Origin: Clostridia bacterium
Lineage (GTDB): Bacteria; Bacillota; Clostridia; Oscillospirales; CAG-272
NCBI GenBank assembly: GCA_017623355.1
Contig: JAGAPG010000020.1
Location: forward strand, 2,762 to 66,761
Reading direction: 5' to 3'
DNA: 64,000 nucleotides
The notes under the pieces: model-generated
Databases searched by the model: none
The model's input: the letters and a program-made list of their open reading frames with translations, nothing else
What the model was told of the DNA's origin: nothing
Position numbers and translations under genes: made by a program
Part shown: positions 38,020 to 47,221 of the stretch, piece by piece
Numbering within the stretch: the first letter of the stretch is position 1
Layout of the letters: each line of letters opens with the position of its first letter

Positions 38020-38571
38020 ATGGAGGAAGAAATTTTAAACGAGAAACAAAAAGAGGCTTTGGACACAGATAATGTCGAGGCGAAAAACGCAGATATCGAG
38101 AAAACGGAAGCCTCCGAGGCTGAGCAGGAATTAAAAGAGCCGAGCAAGCCTGACGAGCAAAAAACGACACTCCCTGCGCCGAAAACGGAAAGCAGCGACA
38201 AGCTTGACTCGCTTGATGCGGAAATAAAAAGACTCAAAAGAGAGCTTGACGAGGAGAGAAAAAAGCGCATAGAGGGAGAAAGCAGGCTTTATTGTATGGA
38301 GGCTCTTGAAAAAAGAGGGCTTCCAAGATCGCTTTGCGAGTTTTTGACTGCTCAAAGCAACGATGAAACGGACAAAAGAGTGGAGAGAGTGGCTGAAATT
38401 ATAAAGTCCTCGGTAAACGAGGAAATATCAAAAAGGCTTCAAGGAGTGCCTCAGCCAAGCAAAAGCGCGCCCGTTATGTCAAAGAGCGCGTTTAAAAATC
38501 TCTCACTTGACGAAATGCAGCGCTTATATAAAACTGACAAAACACTTTATATGTCGCTTGCGAAAAAATAA
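38020..38571 (+). CDS. capsid scaffolding protein (DUF4355-like)
   Basis: Acidic coiled-coil N-terminus, the GLPRSLCEFLTAQSNDETDKRV motif, and a position between portal and capsid. Confidence 0.7.
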   Translation: MEEEILNEKQKEALDTDNVEAKNADIEKTEASEAEQELKEPSKPDEQKTTLPAPKTESSDKLDSLDAEIKRLKRELDEERKKRIEGESRLYCMEALEKRGLPRSLCEFLTAQSNDETDKRVERVAEIIKSSVNEEISKRLQGVPQPSKSAPVMSKSAFKNLSLDEMQRLYKTDKTLYMSLAKK

Positions 38572-38591
38572 AATTATGAAAGGATAAAATT

Positions 38592-39662
38592 ATGCATACA
38601 ATTTACGAAAATCAAATTCTTGAAAACAAAATGACCGAGCTTATCGATACTAAGCTCAATACAAGAGCTCTTATGACTCTTGACACATCACTTGCCGAGG
38701 GCGCGGGTCTTCGCAAGGTTATCAACCGCTATACCTACAAGGGAACTGTTGAAAATCTTGAAAAGGGTGCGAAAAACACTGTGAAGGGAACTGTTTCCTT
38801 CGTACCTGAATATTATGATGTTAAGAGATATCAGCAGACCTTTGAATATAACGATATGGATGCTATGAGCGATCCTTATATCGTTGAGGTAGCTATGAGA
38901 GGCGCGGCAAACGAGATCACAAATCAAATCAATAAGGAATACTTCAATGAGCTTTCCAAGATCTCAAGAAGAAGCCATTTTGACGGCGATGCCGTTACAT
39001 ACGCGGATATCGTTGACGCTCTTTCTCTTATAGATGTTGAGGTCGACAAGCAGCTCTTTATCATTATGGGCAGCGAGATGAGAAAGCAGATAAGAAAGGA
39101 CCCTGATTTTGTTGCATCAAAGCAGGGCGAGATCCTTTATACAGGTCAATTCGGTACGCTTTGCGGAATACCCGTTCTCTTTTCAAAGCTCGTTGAGGGC
39201 GTAAAAGCCTACGTTACAAATCAGGATGCGGTGCGCTTCTTTGTAAAGAAGGAAGCCAGCGTTGAGCAGGCAAGAGATATCGAAACTAAGGACAACACCG
39301 TAGTTTACGAGCGTCACGGTCTTATTGCTCTTGTTGACGATACTACATCCTTGCAGATCGGTAAAAACATTCCCGATCTTAAGATATCCGTTAATGAGAA
39401 TTCATCAACCTCAGACGGAATTACTATGGCTAAGGTTACTCCTACAAAATCGAACCCAAGCAATATTGTTTACTATACTTATCAGGTAAGCGGGAAGCCG
39501 TTTTACGGAGATGCAATAAATCAATCCATTTGTGCGCAGCTCTTATCCGACGGTAATATTGCTCAGTTTAATAAGGGTGAGAAGATAGAATTCTTTGAGG
39601 CCGAGCCCAACACGGGTCTTATTGTGGGCTATGCCGAATACACCTTTAAAACGAGCTTGTAA
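38592..39662 (+). CDS. major capsid protein (HK97-fold, N4-gp56-like) with ~90-aa C-terminal extension
   Basis: Assigned by position, size, and N-terminal pattern IYENQILEN....GAGLRKVINRY. The extension starts about residue 265. Confidence 0.7.
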   Translation: MHTIYENQILENKMTELIDTKLNTRALMTLDTSLAEGAGLRKVINRYTYKGTVENLEKGAKNTVKGTVSFVPEYYDVKRYQQTFEYNDMDAMSDPYIVEVAMRGAANEITNQINKEYFNELSKISRRSHFDGDAVTYADIVDALSLIDVEVDKQLFIIMGSEMRKQIRKDPDFVASKQGEILYTGQFGTLCGIPVLFSKLVEGVKAYVTNQDAVRFFVKKEASVEQARDIETKDNTVVYERHGLIALVDDTTSLQIGKNIPDLKISVNENSSTSDGITMAKVTPTKSNPSNIVYYTYQVSGKPFYGDAINQSICAQLLSDGNIAQFNKGEKIEFFEAEPNTGLIVGYAEYTFKTSL

Positions 39663-39677
39663 TGAGGAGTGAGGGAA

Positions 39678-40007
39678 ATGGGATTTAAATCGGACAAAAC
39701 ACAGGACGAAATACTCAAAGAGGTATTGACGCTCCTTTCAATATCCGATAACGAAACGGAGAAAAACGTCGTTTCAAGCATCATTCCAAATGCGTTTCTC
39801 TATGCCTGCGAGTATTGCGGCATAGAGAGCGTGCCCTCGCATCTTCTTATACAGATGACGCTTGAGGATTATTCCAAAATAACCTCAGCCGGACTTACCA
39901 AAAGATCGCTTTCATCGCTTTCCGAGGAATATCTCGATAATTATTCTCCCAAGGTTATGGCTATTCTTGATAAGCTGAGGGGCGAAAAAAGGCTTATATG
40001 TCTGTGA
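39678..40007 (+). CDS. head-tail connector (gp6/QLRG-like)
   Basis: 109 aa. Assigned by position after the capsid gene and the pattern DEILKEVL..IS....E......I.NAFLYACEY. Confidence 0.55.
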   Translation: MGFKSDKTQDEILKEVLTLLSISDNETEKNVVSSIIPNAFLYACEYCGIESVPSHLLIQMTLEDYSKITSAGLTKRSLSSLSEEYLDNYSPKVMAILDKLRGEKRLICL

Positions 40008-40016
40008 GGTGATGCT

Positions 40017-40346
40017 ATGTTAAAAACGAAGAAAAGACCTTACAGGGTATACAGGCTTGAAAAGGTATCGGGGGTTAGCATAGCTAAATTTATCGCAAGC
40101 GTTGGAATATGTGTGGCTATGACCTCTGACAGACGCGATATAGATAACGATGTTAAATGCGTATATCTTAAAAAAAGGTACGCAGCGGTTGCCGATTCGC
40201 ATATTATAAAGGATGGAGATATAATCAGGGACGGCGATAGCTTTATGAGAGTTATCAGTGCGGTGTCATACGGAAACGAGAGCTATTTACATCTTGAAAG
40301 CACAGAGGTCTTCCAAGGAAGCGCGTTTGAATTTGAGGAGGCATAG
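40017..40346 (+). CDS. head closure/head-tail adaptor protein
   Basis: 109 aa; assigned by synteny only. Confidence 0.45.
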   Translation: MLKTKKRPYRVYRLEKVSGVSIAKFIASVGICVAMTSDRRDIDNDVKCVYLKKRYAAVADSHIIKDGDIIRDGDSFMRVISAVSYGNESYLHLESTEVFQGSAFEFEEA

Positions 40347-40347
40347 G

Positions 40348-40692
40348 ATGTTTGACGTTATTTTAAATAAGATCAAGGACGCAGTTGACAGAAGCGTGCT
40401 TGACAGACTCGAAAAAGTAAACGAGGAGTGCGTTATCGTCAACATCGAGCCGCAAAGCTATGACGGAACAGTATGCGATTCTACCGTAAAGGTGGTTTGC
40501 GTGTTCAAAAGCTATGAGGCATCACTCGATTGCTTTGACAAGGTGTGTGATGCGCTTTATTCGCTTCCTGCCGAGGATGGCGAGGTGCTCGATACTGTTC
40601 TTCAAAGCACGTTGATAAGATACGATACCGTATCGGGAATGACAAGACTTTTGGGAGAGTTTTCGGTATTTACGCGCGGAGAGGAGGAATAA
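40348..40692 (+). CDS. neck/tail-completion-like protein
   Basis: ATG at 40348 follows GAGGAGG; 114 aa; assigned by synteny only. Confidence 0.4.
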   Translation: MFDVILNKIKDAVDRSVLDRLEKVNEECVIVNIEPQSYDGTVCDSTVKVVCVFKSYEASLDCFDKVCDALYSLPAEDGEVLDTVLQSTLIRYDTVSGMTRLLGEFSVFTRGEEE

Positions 40693-40694
40693 GC

Positions 40695-41471
40695 TTGAAA
40701 ATAACTAACGGCAGAGAGACTTTGGTTTTCGGAGAAGGGGTAAGACTTACGTCGTTTTCGGAGAAGGGCTTTTGGGTAGACAACAATCTTAACACTGTGG
40801 TTGACGGCTTTGGCTATCACAAGGAGAATGCTAAGGTCGGCGCGAAGCGAATGATTTTGAAGGGCTACATAGAAAAGGATATTGAAGCGAATAAGCGGCT
40901 TTTGAACAGAATTTGCGATCCCAGCGTTGCGTTTTGCCGGATATACGATGGGAATTATGTGCTTGAGGGAAGGCTTTACAAGGGCATAGAGTATTCGGAT
41001 AGGAAAAACGACAAGCTCAAGCTGCTTGCCTTTACAGCGGAATTTTTTTGCCCCGATCCTGCATGGAAGGATACGGAGGAAAGAACGGAAATGCTCTATT
41101 CCTGCGGAAGCACCTCTTCGGGACAGGAGCCTCTCGTTTTACAGAACGACGGTGACAGAGAGGTCGGCTTTAAGCTTCGTATCGTTTTATCTTTGTCCTG
41201 CAAAAAAATAGAAATATCCTGCGATGACAAGAAAATAATTCTTTCGGGATCGTTTTCGGTCGGACAAAATATCTATATAGATACAAGAAAGGGCGAATGT
41301 ACCGTCAATATAACGCCTGTAAATTCAACCTCTCTTTCAAACGGAATGAGATATGTTTTGGCAGGCTCTGAATTTTTTAAGCTTAAGGTAGGGACAAGCT
41401 CTATCGGATATGAGTTTAACGGCGGAGCAGGGCATCTTGTGGCGACATATACACAGGAGTATTTGAGATGA
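40695..41471 (+). CDS. distal tail protein (Dit, Sipho_tail family)
   Basis: TTG start after GGAGG. Dit-like pattern L.GYI, FFCPDPAWK, LQNDGDREVGFKL.I and IYIDTRKG. Confidence 0.65.
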   Translation: MKITNGRETLVFGEGVRLTSFSEKGFWVDNNLNTVVDGFGYHKENAKVGAKRMILKGYIEKDIEANKRLLNRICDPSVAFCRIYDGNYVLEGRLYKGIEYSDRKNDKLKLLAFTAEFFCPDPAWKDTEERTEMLYSCGSTSSGQEPLVLQNDGDREVGFKLRIVLSLSCKKIEISCDDKKIILSGSFSVGQNIYIDTRKGECTVNITPVNSTSLSNGMRYVLAGSEFFKLKVGTSSIGYEFNGGAGHLVATYTQEYLR

Positions 41472-42457
41472 TGGATATAAAAATATACAATCCTGCCTTT
41501 GATCTTGAGGGAGTTATTGATTTCGTGAAGGAATATGATTATACCGAGGAGTTCAACGATTATTCGGAGTTTCATATGAGAGTGCCGAGCTCTGATAAGA
41601 ACAGAGAGCTTTTTATAACGGATAATTATATTGCCTTTTCGGACAAGCTTTTTCTTATTGATCGCGTAGTCGCCTCGGAAAATGAGATATATGCAAGCGG
41701 AGTAAGCATTTTTGCGCTTTTCAGGGATGTTCTTATAGAAGAACCGCAGGTTTTCAAGACCAATCCTTACGATACAGTCGCGGAGCTTGCCAAGCTTATC
41801 AGCATTCCGTATGCCACCTATGAGGTGTATACGATGCTTTGGAACAGCGAAATCACTTACAGTCAAATAAACTGTGTAAATACGAGCGTTTACACCCAGA
41901 TAAGAAACATTTGCAATATTTACGGCTTCGGCTTTCAGATGACGTTTTCTCCTGTTTCTAAAAGGATAATGTTTCAGATTATGCCGAAGCAGAAAAGGTA
42001 CAGCGACGGCGGAAGCTTTGCTTACGCAATAAGCGATATGAGAAATATGTACGAGCGTTGCTCCGTTGAAAGCGATATGTCGAGCTATAAAAACTACGCT
42101 CATATTCCTTACGGATATATTGATGATGTATATACCTACGAAAATGTCGATCATCGAGTAAGTCCGACGAACGAGAGAAAGCGCGCGATAAGCGTCAGTG
42201 TTCCTGCTATGCTTTCGTCAAGGGATCTTTCCGCTTCGTTAAGATATCTTGGCGAGATTGCGCTCTCTCATCACAGGGAAATAATCAGATTTACCGTGGA
42301 GCTTTTAAAGGATGTCGATGCTTCGCCCGGGGATGTGTGCGATTTTGAGTGTAAAAGAGACGGATATTTTTGTCACGCGCTCGTAAAAAGAATAACGAGA
42401 GGAGAGAAGGACGGCGCTGCTTTTGTCAGGGTGGTGCTTGATAAGGAGCATGAATGA
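41468..42457 (+). CDS. Siphovirus Gp37-like minor structural protein
   Basis: The N-terminal MDIKIYNPAFDLEGVIDF...Y.EEFNDYSEFHM pattern is typical of Sipho_Gp37 proteins, and it follows Dit. Confidence 0.55.
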   Translation: MMDIKIYNPAFDLEGVIDFVKEYDYTEEFNDYSEFHMRVPSSDKNRELFITDNYIAFSDKLFLIDRVVASENEIYASGVSIFALFRDVLIEEPQVFKTNPYDTVAELAKLISIPYATYEVYTMLWNSEITYSQINCVNTSVYTQIRNICNIYGFGFQMTFSPVSKRIMFQIMPKQKRYSDGGSFAYAISDMRNMYERCSVESDMSSYKNYAHIPYGYIDDVYTYENVDHRVSPTNERKRAISVSVPAMLSSRDLSASLRYLGEIALSHHREIIRFTVELLKDVDASPGDVCDFECKRDGYFCHALVKRITRGEKDGAAFVRVVLDKEHE

Positions 42458-42710
42458 TATATCTAAGGAGCTTTGCGAGGAAAGAGCTCAAAGAACCGAA
42501 AAGCGTCTCGATAAGCATTCGTCTGCTATTGACGAGTTGTGCGCGTGCTCTGTAAAGCTTACCGAGATGATGAGAATACACAACGAAAGGATAGACGATC
42601 ACGAATCGCGCTTGGGCTCGCTTGAAAAGCGTCCCGGAGATATCGTGGGAAGGGTGATTGATGCGCTTATCTCGGCGGTGACGGCGGCTATCGTTTGTAT
42701 GATACTTTAG
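42450..42710 (+). CDS. XhlA-like lysis-associated membrane protein
   Basis: ~86 aa with an N-terminal coiled coil (RLDKH...HNERIDDHESRLGSLEK) and a single C-terminal TM segment, as in PBSX XhlA. Confidence 0.55.
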   Translation: MNDISKELCEERAQRTEKRLDKHSSAIDELCACSVKLTEMMRIHNERIDDHESRLGSLEKRPGDIVGRVIDALISAVTAAIVCMIL

Positions 42711-42724
42711 AAAGGAGGGGTATT

Positions 42725-42955
42725 ATGTTGAAAAAGATATTGAATAAGCTTTCAAGCAGAAAGTTTTGGGCAGCGCTTGTGGGCTTTGTTTCCACGATAT
42801 GTGTTGCGCTCGGTGTAGATGCTCTTACGACTGAGCAGGTGTGCGCCGTTATAGGCGCTTGCGCTACGCTTTGCGTTTATATTCTTGCGGAGAGCTATAT
42901 TGATGTTAAGAGCAATACATCCGAGGAGGCTGAAAAAGAAGAAAATAAATCTTAA
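42725..42955 (+). CDS. phage holin (XhlB/SPP1-holin-like)
   Basis: 76 aa, two TM helices, a charged C-terminal tail, and ATG after AAAGGAGGGG. Confidence 0.65.
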   Translation: MLKKILNKLSSRKFWAALVGFVSTICVALGVDALTTEQVCAVIGACATLCVYILAESYIDVKSNTSEEAEKEENKS

Positions 42956-43024
42956 AAAACCTTTATTTTTTCCCCGTTATGTGTTAAAATTAAATTGATA
43001 CAGAGAATGACGAGGTTTTGATAA

Positions 43025-43870
43025 ATGGTAAAGGCGATCATTTTTGATCTTGACGGTACGCTTTGCAATACCATCGAGGATATAAGAACGGGTCTTAACG
43101 CGATGCTGACGAAGCTCGGATATAAAACGAGAAGCCGCGCGGATGTGATCAAATTTATAAATAACGGAGCGAAAACACTTGTACGCCGTGCCTTGCCCAA
43201 GGAGGTGCAGGGGGTGGAGTTTATCGTGGATAGCGCGCTTGAGGTTTATACTAACGAGTATGCAAAGTGCTACTGCGAGTTTACCGAGGCTTATAACGGC
43301 ATAGAATATATGCTTGCAGAGCTTAAAAGAAAGGGCTATAAGCTTGCTGTTTTTTCAAATAAGCAGGACAAGTTTGTTAAGGATATAATATCGAGACTCT
43401 TCAATAAAAAGCTGTTCTCCGAGGTGTTGGGACAGAGTGCGTTTCCTGCCAAGCCCGACCCGACGGGGCTTCATTATATCGCGAAGCAGCTTGGTGTAAA
43501 GCTTTCGTCGTGCGTTTACGTCGGTGACAGTGACGTTGATATCAAAACGGCGCAGAACGCGGATATAGAGATCATTGGATGTGATTGGGGATATCGCGGA
43601 GAGGAATTTCTTCGTTCTTGGGGAGCCGTAAGGATAGCAAAGCGTCCTGAGGATGTAGTCGAGCATATTCAGTTAATTGAGCTTGAGGAGCAGAAGCGCA
43701 GAGAGGAAAGAAAGCGCGCAAGAAGGAACAGACTTGCAAGAGCTTATGGCGAGGATGTTGCCGAGGAGACGGATGAAAACGATTCTAAGACTGCGGAAGC
43801 TCAAGAGACGACAACGCAAGGCGAGCCCGAGATCACCGCAGAGGAAGAAACGGATATCACAAATGAATAA
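43025..43870 (+). CDS. HAD-IA phosphatase (phosphoglycolate phosphatase-like) with acidic C-terminal tail
   Basis: IIFDLDGTLCNT (motif I), VFSNK (motif II) and VGDSDVDI (motif IV). Confidence 0.8.
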   Translation: MVKAIIFDLDGTLCNTIEDIRTGLNAMLTKLGYKTRSRADVIKFINNGAKTLVRRALPKEVQGVEFIVDSALEVYTNEYAKCYCEFTEAYNGIEYMLAELKRKGYKLAVFSNKQDKFVKDIISRLFNKKLFSEVLGQSAFPAKPDPTGLHYIAKQLGVKLSSCVYVGDSDVDIKTAQNADIEIIGCDWGYRGEEFLRSWGAVRIAKRPEDVVEHIQLIELEEQKRREERKRARRNRLARAYGEDVAEETDENDSKTAEAQETTTQGEPEITAEEETDITNE

Positions 43871-43874
43871 TAAA

Positions 43875-43904
43875 AAAATCACGGCTTAGCACCGTGATTT
43901 TTTA
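43875..43904 (+). terminator. intrinsic terminator
   Basis: aaatcacgg-cttagca-ccgtgattt followed by tttt. Confidence 0.8.
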
Positions 43905-43933
43905 TTGACACGCTTCATTTCGTATGATAAACT
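43905..43933 (+). promoter_or_regulatory. sigma-A type promoter of the GH43 gene
   Basis: TTGACA, 17-nt spacer, TGaTAAACT. Confidence 0.6.
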
Positions 43934-43963
43934 TTATATATATAACTATTATGAGGAGATATT

Positions 43964-45445
43964 ATGAAGCAAGTATTTAATCCATATCTGCCGCTTGACG
44001 AATATATTCCCGATGCCGAGCCTCACGTGTTTGGAGACAGGGTATATATTTACGGCTCACACGACAAGGAAAATGGAGAAAAATTTTGTATGCTCGATTA
44101 CGTTACATATTCTGCGAGCATCTACGATCTTAAAAATTGGCGATACGAGGGCGTTATATATAAGGCCTCTCAGGATCCCGAATACGATAAATATCAGTAT
44201 ATGTACGCGCCCGATGTAGTTAGAGGAAATGACGGAAGGTATTATCTTTATTATTCTATGGCGGGAGAGCATCCTCACGGCTGCAGCTATAAGCTGAGCG
44301 TTGCCGTAAGCGACTTACCAAACGGAAAATTCGAGTATCTCGGATACGTAAAAAATCCCGACGGAACACCGCTTTCCGATTATCTTGTTTTTGATCCTGC
44401 TCTTATAAACGATAACGGCAAGATTCGCCTTTATTACGGAATGTGGTTTGATTTTATTGACGACGAAAAATTATCCCGTGAGGATATTATAAAAAAAGAG
44501 CTTGAAATGTTCCCCAAAAAAACGCGCGAGCAGATAGAAAACACGCCCGACGGAATTATGGGCGCCGTTACCGTAGAGCTTTGCGATGATATGCTTACGG
44601 TAAAGAGCAAGCCGTATCATATAATTCCCGAAAGTGTCAAGGGTACGGAGTTCGAGGAGCATCCGTTTTTTGAGGCAAGCTCCATAAGGCGCGTTGGGGA
44701 AAAATATTATTTCGTTTATTCGTCATACAAAAATCATTCCTTGGCTTATGCTACGAGCGATTATCCCGATCGGGATTTCAAATATGGCGGAGTTATAATA
44801 TCAAACGGCGATATCGGTCTTAACGGACGGTGCGACGAGGATAGGCTTATGCGTACGGGAAATATTCACGGCGGAATTGAAAAAATAAACGGTAAGTGGT
44901 ATATATTTTATCACCGTCATACGCACAAGACGGAATTTTCAAGACAGGCGTGCGCTGAGGCGATTGATATACTTGCTGACGGAAGCATACCTCAGGTTGA
45001 GATCACATCCTGTGGACTTAACGGCGGAGCGCTCGTCGCAGACGGAGAATATCCTGCACCCATATGCTGTAATCTCACCAATGGGAAAATGCCTCATTTT
45101 GCGTGCGTTGGCGTTCGTTTGCCTCATATAACAAGCGGAAACGGCGAAAGATATTTAGCTGAAATCGAAAACGGTACACTCGTAGGCTATAAGTATTTTG
45201 ATTTTAAGAGCGTCAAAAAAATAGGAGTGGTATTCAGAAGCGCAGATGTAGCTCCAAGCGGAAAGCTGTTTTTGAAGCTCGGCATTGACGGAGATAGCGT
45301 AGGAGATATAGATATATATGCGCGGAGCGAGTGGACAAGGTCGGAATGTGATGTATCCATACAGGACGGAATTTATCCGCTTTATTTTGAGTATCGAGGA
45401 GATGGCGCAATAGAAATCAAGGATTTTTATTTCATAGCAGGCTAA
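43964..45445 (+). CDS. GH43 family glycoside hydrolase (second, different subfamily)
   Basis: FNPYLP..EYIPDAEPHVFGDRVYIYGSHD, YAPDV and FFEASSIRR are typical of GH43 five-bladed propellers. Confidence 0.8.
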   Translation: MKQVFNPYLPLDEYIPDAEPHVFGDRVYIYGSHDKENGEKFCMLDYVTYSASIYDLKNWRYEGVIYKASQDPEYDKYQYMYAPDVVRGNDGRYYLYYSMAGEHPHGCSYKLSVAVSDLPNGKFEYLGYVKNPDGTPLSDYLVFDPALINDNGKIRLYYGMWFDFIDDEKLSREDIIKKELEMFPKKTREQIENTPDGIMGAVTVELCDDMLTVKSKPYHIIPESVKGTEFEEHPFFEASSIRRVGEKYYFVYSSYKNHSLAYATSDYPDRDFKYGGVIISNGDIGLNGRCDEDRLMRTGNIHGGIEKINGKWYIFYHRHTHKTEFSRQACAEAIDILADGSIPQVEITSCGLNGGALVADGEYPAPICCNLTNGKMPHFACVGVRLPHITSGNGERYLAEIENGTLVGYKYFDFKSVKKIGVVFRSADVAPSGKLFLKLGIDGDSVGDIDIYARSEWTRSECDVSIQDGIYPLYFEYRGDGAIEIKDFYFIAG

Positions 45446-45474
45446 AATTCTCTGGCTTGTATAATAATTGTAAC

Positions 45475-45530
45475 AAAAAACAGTGCTGTTAGCGTTCCTT
45501 AAGGATGACACGCAAACAGCACTGTTTCCA
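45475..45530. terminator. bidirectional terminator between convergent genes
   Basis: aacagtgctgtt (45479-45490) pairs with aacagcactgtt (45515-45526), flanked by A/T runs. Confidence 0.7.
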
Positions 45531-45533
45531 TTT

Positions 45534-46889
45534 TTAAATTTTTATAACTCCGAAAGCGCTAAGCACCGAGGAGATAAGGATAACGAGAATACATACGGGC
45601 GCAAAGTATTTTATCACGATTGAGAACATTTTCTTTTGCTTAAAGGGGGCTGATAGCTCAAGCTCGTCGATAAGAGTTTGCGGCTTTAAGAAATAACCTA
45701 CGAAAATACACGTTGCCAAGGCTACGATAGGCATAAGAACGCTGTTGCTTGCAAAATCGAAGAAGTCGAGCAGCTGCATACCGAGTATCTTGACTCCACT
45801 CCATGCGCTGTATCCGAGAGATGATACCGTGCCGAGCACCATACAGAACAAAAATACAAATATACAGCAAAGTCTTCTGTTGATGTTCACTTTATCGAGA
45901 ACGGTAGAAACTACTGTTTCCATAAGGGAGATAGATGAGGTGAGCGCGGCGAAGAATACCATTATAAAGAACATCGCGCCGATAAACGCTCCGCCGGGCA
46001 TTATATCAAATATTTTCGGAAGCGTTACGAACATAAGGCTCGGCCCGCTTGCGCTAAGAGCTTCCTCTCCGCCAAAGGCAAATACGGCGGGGATTATCAT
46101 AAGACCGGACAAAAATGCAATTCCTGAGTCGAAGATCTCTATCTGATGAGTCGATTTTTCGATGCTGATATCCTTTTTCATATAAGAACCGAAGGTTATC
46201 ATAATTCCCATAGCTAATGACATGGAGTAGAAAAGCTGACCCATAGCAGCGACAACGGTCATTATAGAGAACTTAGAAAAATCAGGCTTGATGTAGTATA
46301 TAACGCCTTCCCAAGCGCCGTCTACGGCAATCATACTGTATATTGCAATAAAAATAACGAATACAACGAGAATAGGCATCATTACCTTGCTTACCTTTTC
46401 AACGCCCTTGTTGACGCCAAAAATAACGATTATCGCGGTTATCGCCATAAAGAGCGCAAACCAAACGATAGGCTCAACGCTTGATCCGATATAATTTCCG
46501 AAATATGAATCATTTGCCATAGCCGAGCCTTGTCCTGTTACAAAGCCTGCTATATATTTCATAACCCATCCGCCGATAACGGAATAATAGGGAAGAATTA
46601 TTGCGGGAACGACAGCGGCTAAAACACCGATGAATGAGAATTTCTTGTTAAGAGCGCGAAACGCGCCGATAGGACTGAGCTTGGTTTTGCGTCCGATTGC
46701 AATTTCTGCAACCATAAGCGAAAATCCAAAGGTTACGGCAAGCGCGATGTAAACAAGCAAGAATATGCCGCCGCCGTATTTTGCGGCAAGATACGGAAAA
46801 CGCCAAATGTTTCCCAAACCGACAGCAGAGCCTGCAGCAGCAAGCACAAAGCCAATCTTGCCGGAGAATGAGCTTCTTTTTTCTTCCAT
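45534..46889 (-). CDS. sodium-dependent transporter, SNF (neurotransmitter:sodium symporter) family
   Basis: GLGNIWRFPYLAAKYGGG signature and ~11-12 TM segments. Confidence 0.9.
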   Translation of the reverse strand: MEEKRSSFSGKIGFVLAAAGSAVGLGNIWRFPYLAAKYGGGIFLLVYIALAVTFGFSLMVAEIAIGRKTKLSPIGAFRALNKKFSFIGVLAAVVPAIILPYYSVIGGWVMKYIAGFVTGQGSAMANDSYFGNYIGSSVEPIVWFALFMAITAIIVIFGVNKGVEKVSKVMMPILVVFVIFIAIYSMIAVDGAWEGVIYYIKPDFSKFSIMTVVAAMGQLFYSMSLAMGIMITFGSYMKKDISIEKSTHQIEIFDSGIAFLSGLMIIPAVFAFGGEEALSASGPSLMFVTLPKIFDIMPGGAFIGAMFFIMVFFAALTSSISLMETVVSTVLDKVNINRRLCCIFVFLFCMVLGTVSSLGYSAWSGVKILGMQLLDFFDFASNSVLMPIVALATCIFVGYFLKPQTLIDELELSAPFKQKKMFSIVIKYFAPVCILVILISSVLSAFGVIKI

Positions 46890-46943
46890 AATGTACTCCT
46901 GAATAAAATATCAAGCTTAGCTAAAGGGATGCTAAACATAATT

Positions 46944-46972
46944 ATTATACCATACGATGATATAAAATGCAA
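46944..46972 (-). promoter_or_regulatory. sigma-A type promoter of the SNF transporter
   Basis: The minus strand reads TTGCAT, 17-nt spacer, TGgTATAAT. Confidence 0.6.
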
Positions 46973-47188
46973 GTGTATAATTAAATAGACAAATTTTCTA
47001 CACTTTTTATCATAGCCGAGGTTGACGTTACGTCAACTTTTGAGTATGTGATTATAAACAAAAAGAAACTTTATAGGCGCAGAAGGCTTTTCTAACGCGT
47101 ACTTGTGTATCAAGAGGGGAAACGTACAAGCGAGGATAACGCCGATCATTTTCAGCGTTCTTTTTGTTTTCTCCTTTTTTTAAAAGTG

Positions 47189-47217
47189 TTGACTTTTTTT
47201 AAAATACAGTGTATAAT
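47189..47217 (+). promoter_or_regulatory. consensus promoter of small RNA copy A
   Basis: TTGACT, 17-nt spacer, TATAAT. The same arrangement precedes copy B. Confidence 0.7.
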
Positions 47218-47221
47218 CTTA

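Larger units (their letters stand above)
35100..42960 (+). mobile_element. phage-derived head/packaging + baseplate + holin module (prophage remnant or tail-less satellite-like island)
   Basis: Twelve co-directional, tightly packed phage structural genes. No integrase, repressor, replication, tail tube, tape measure or endolysin genes. Confidence 0.8.

Noticed and set aside
35137-43000. Reading the phage island and the 58-64 kb element as one prophage
   Set aside because: They are separated by 15 kb of ordinary host carbohydrate and transport genes with their own promoters and terminators, so they are treated as separate elements.
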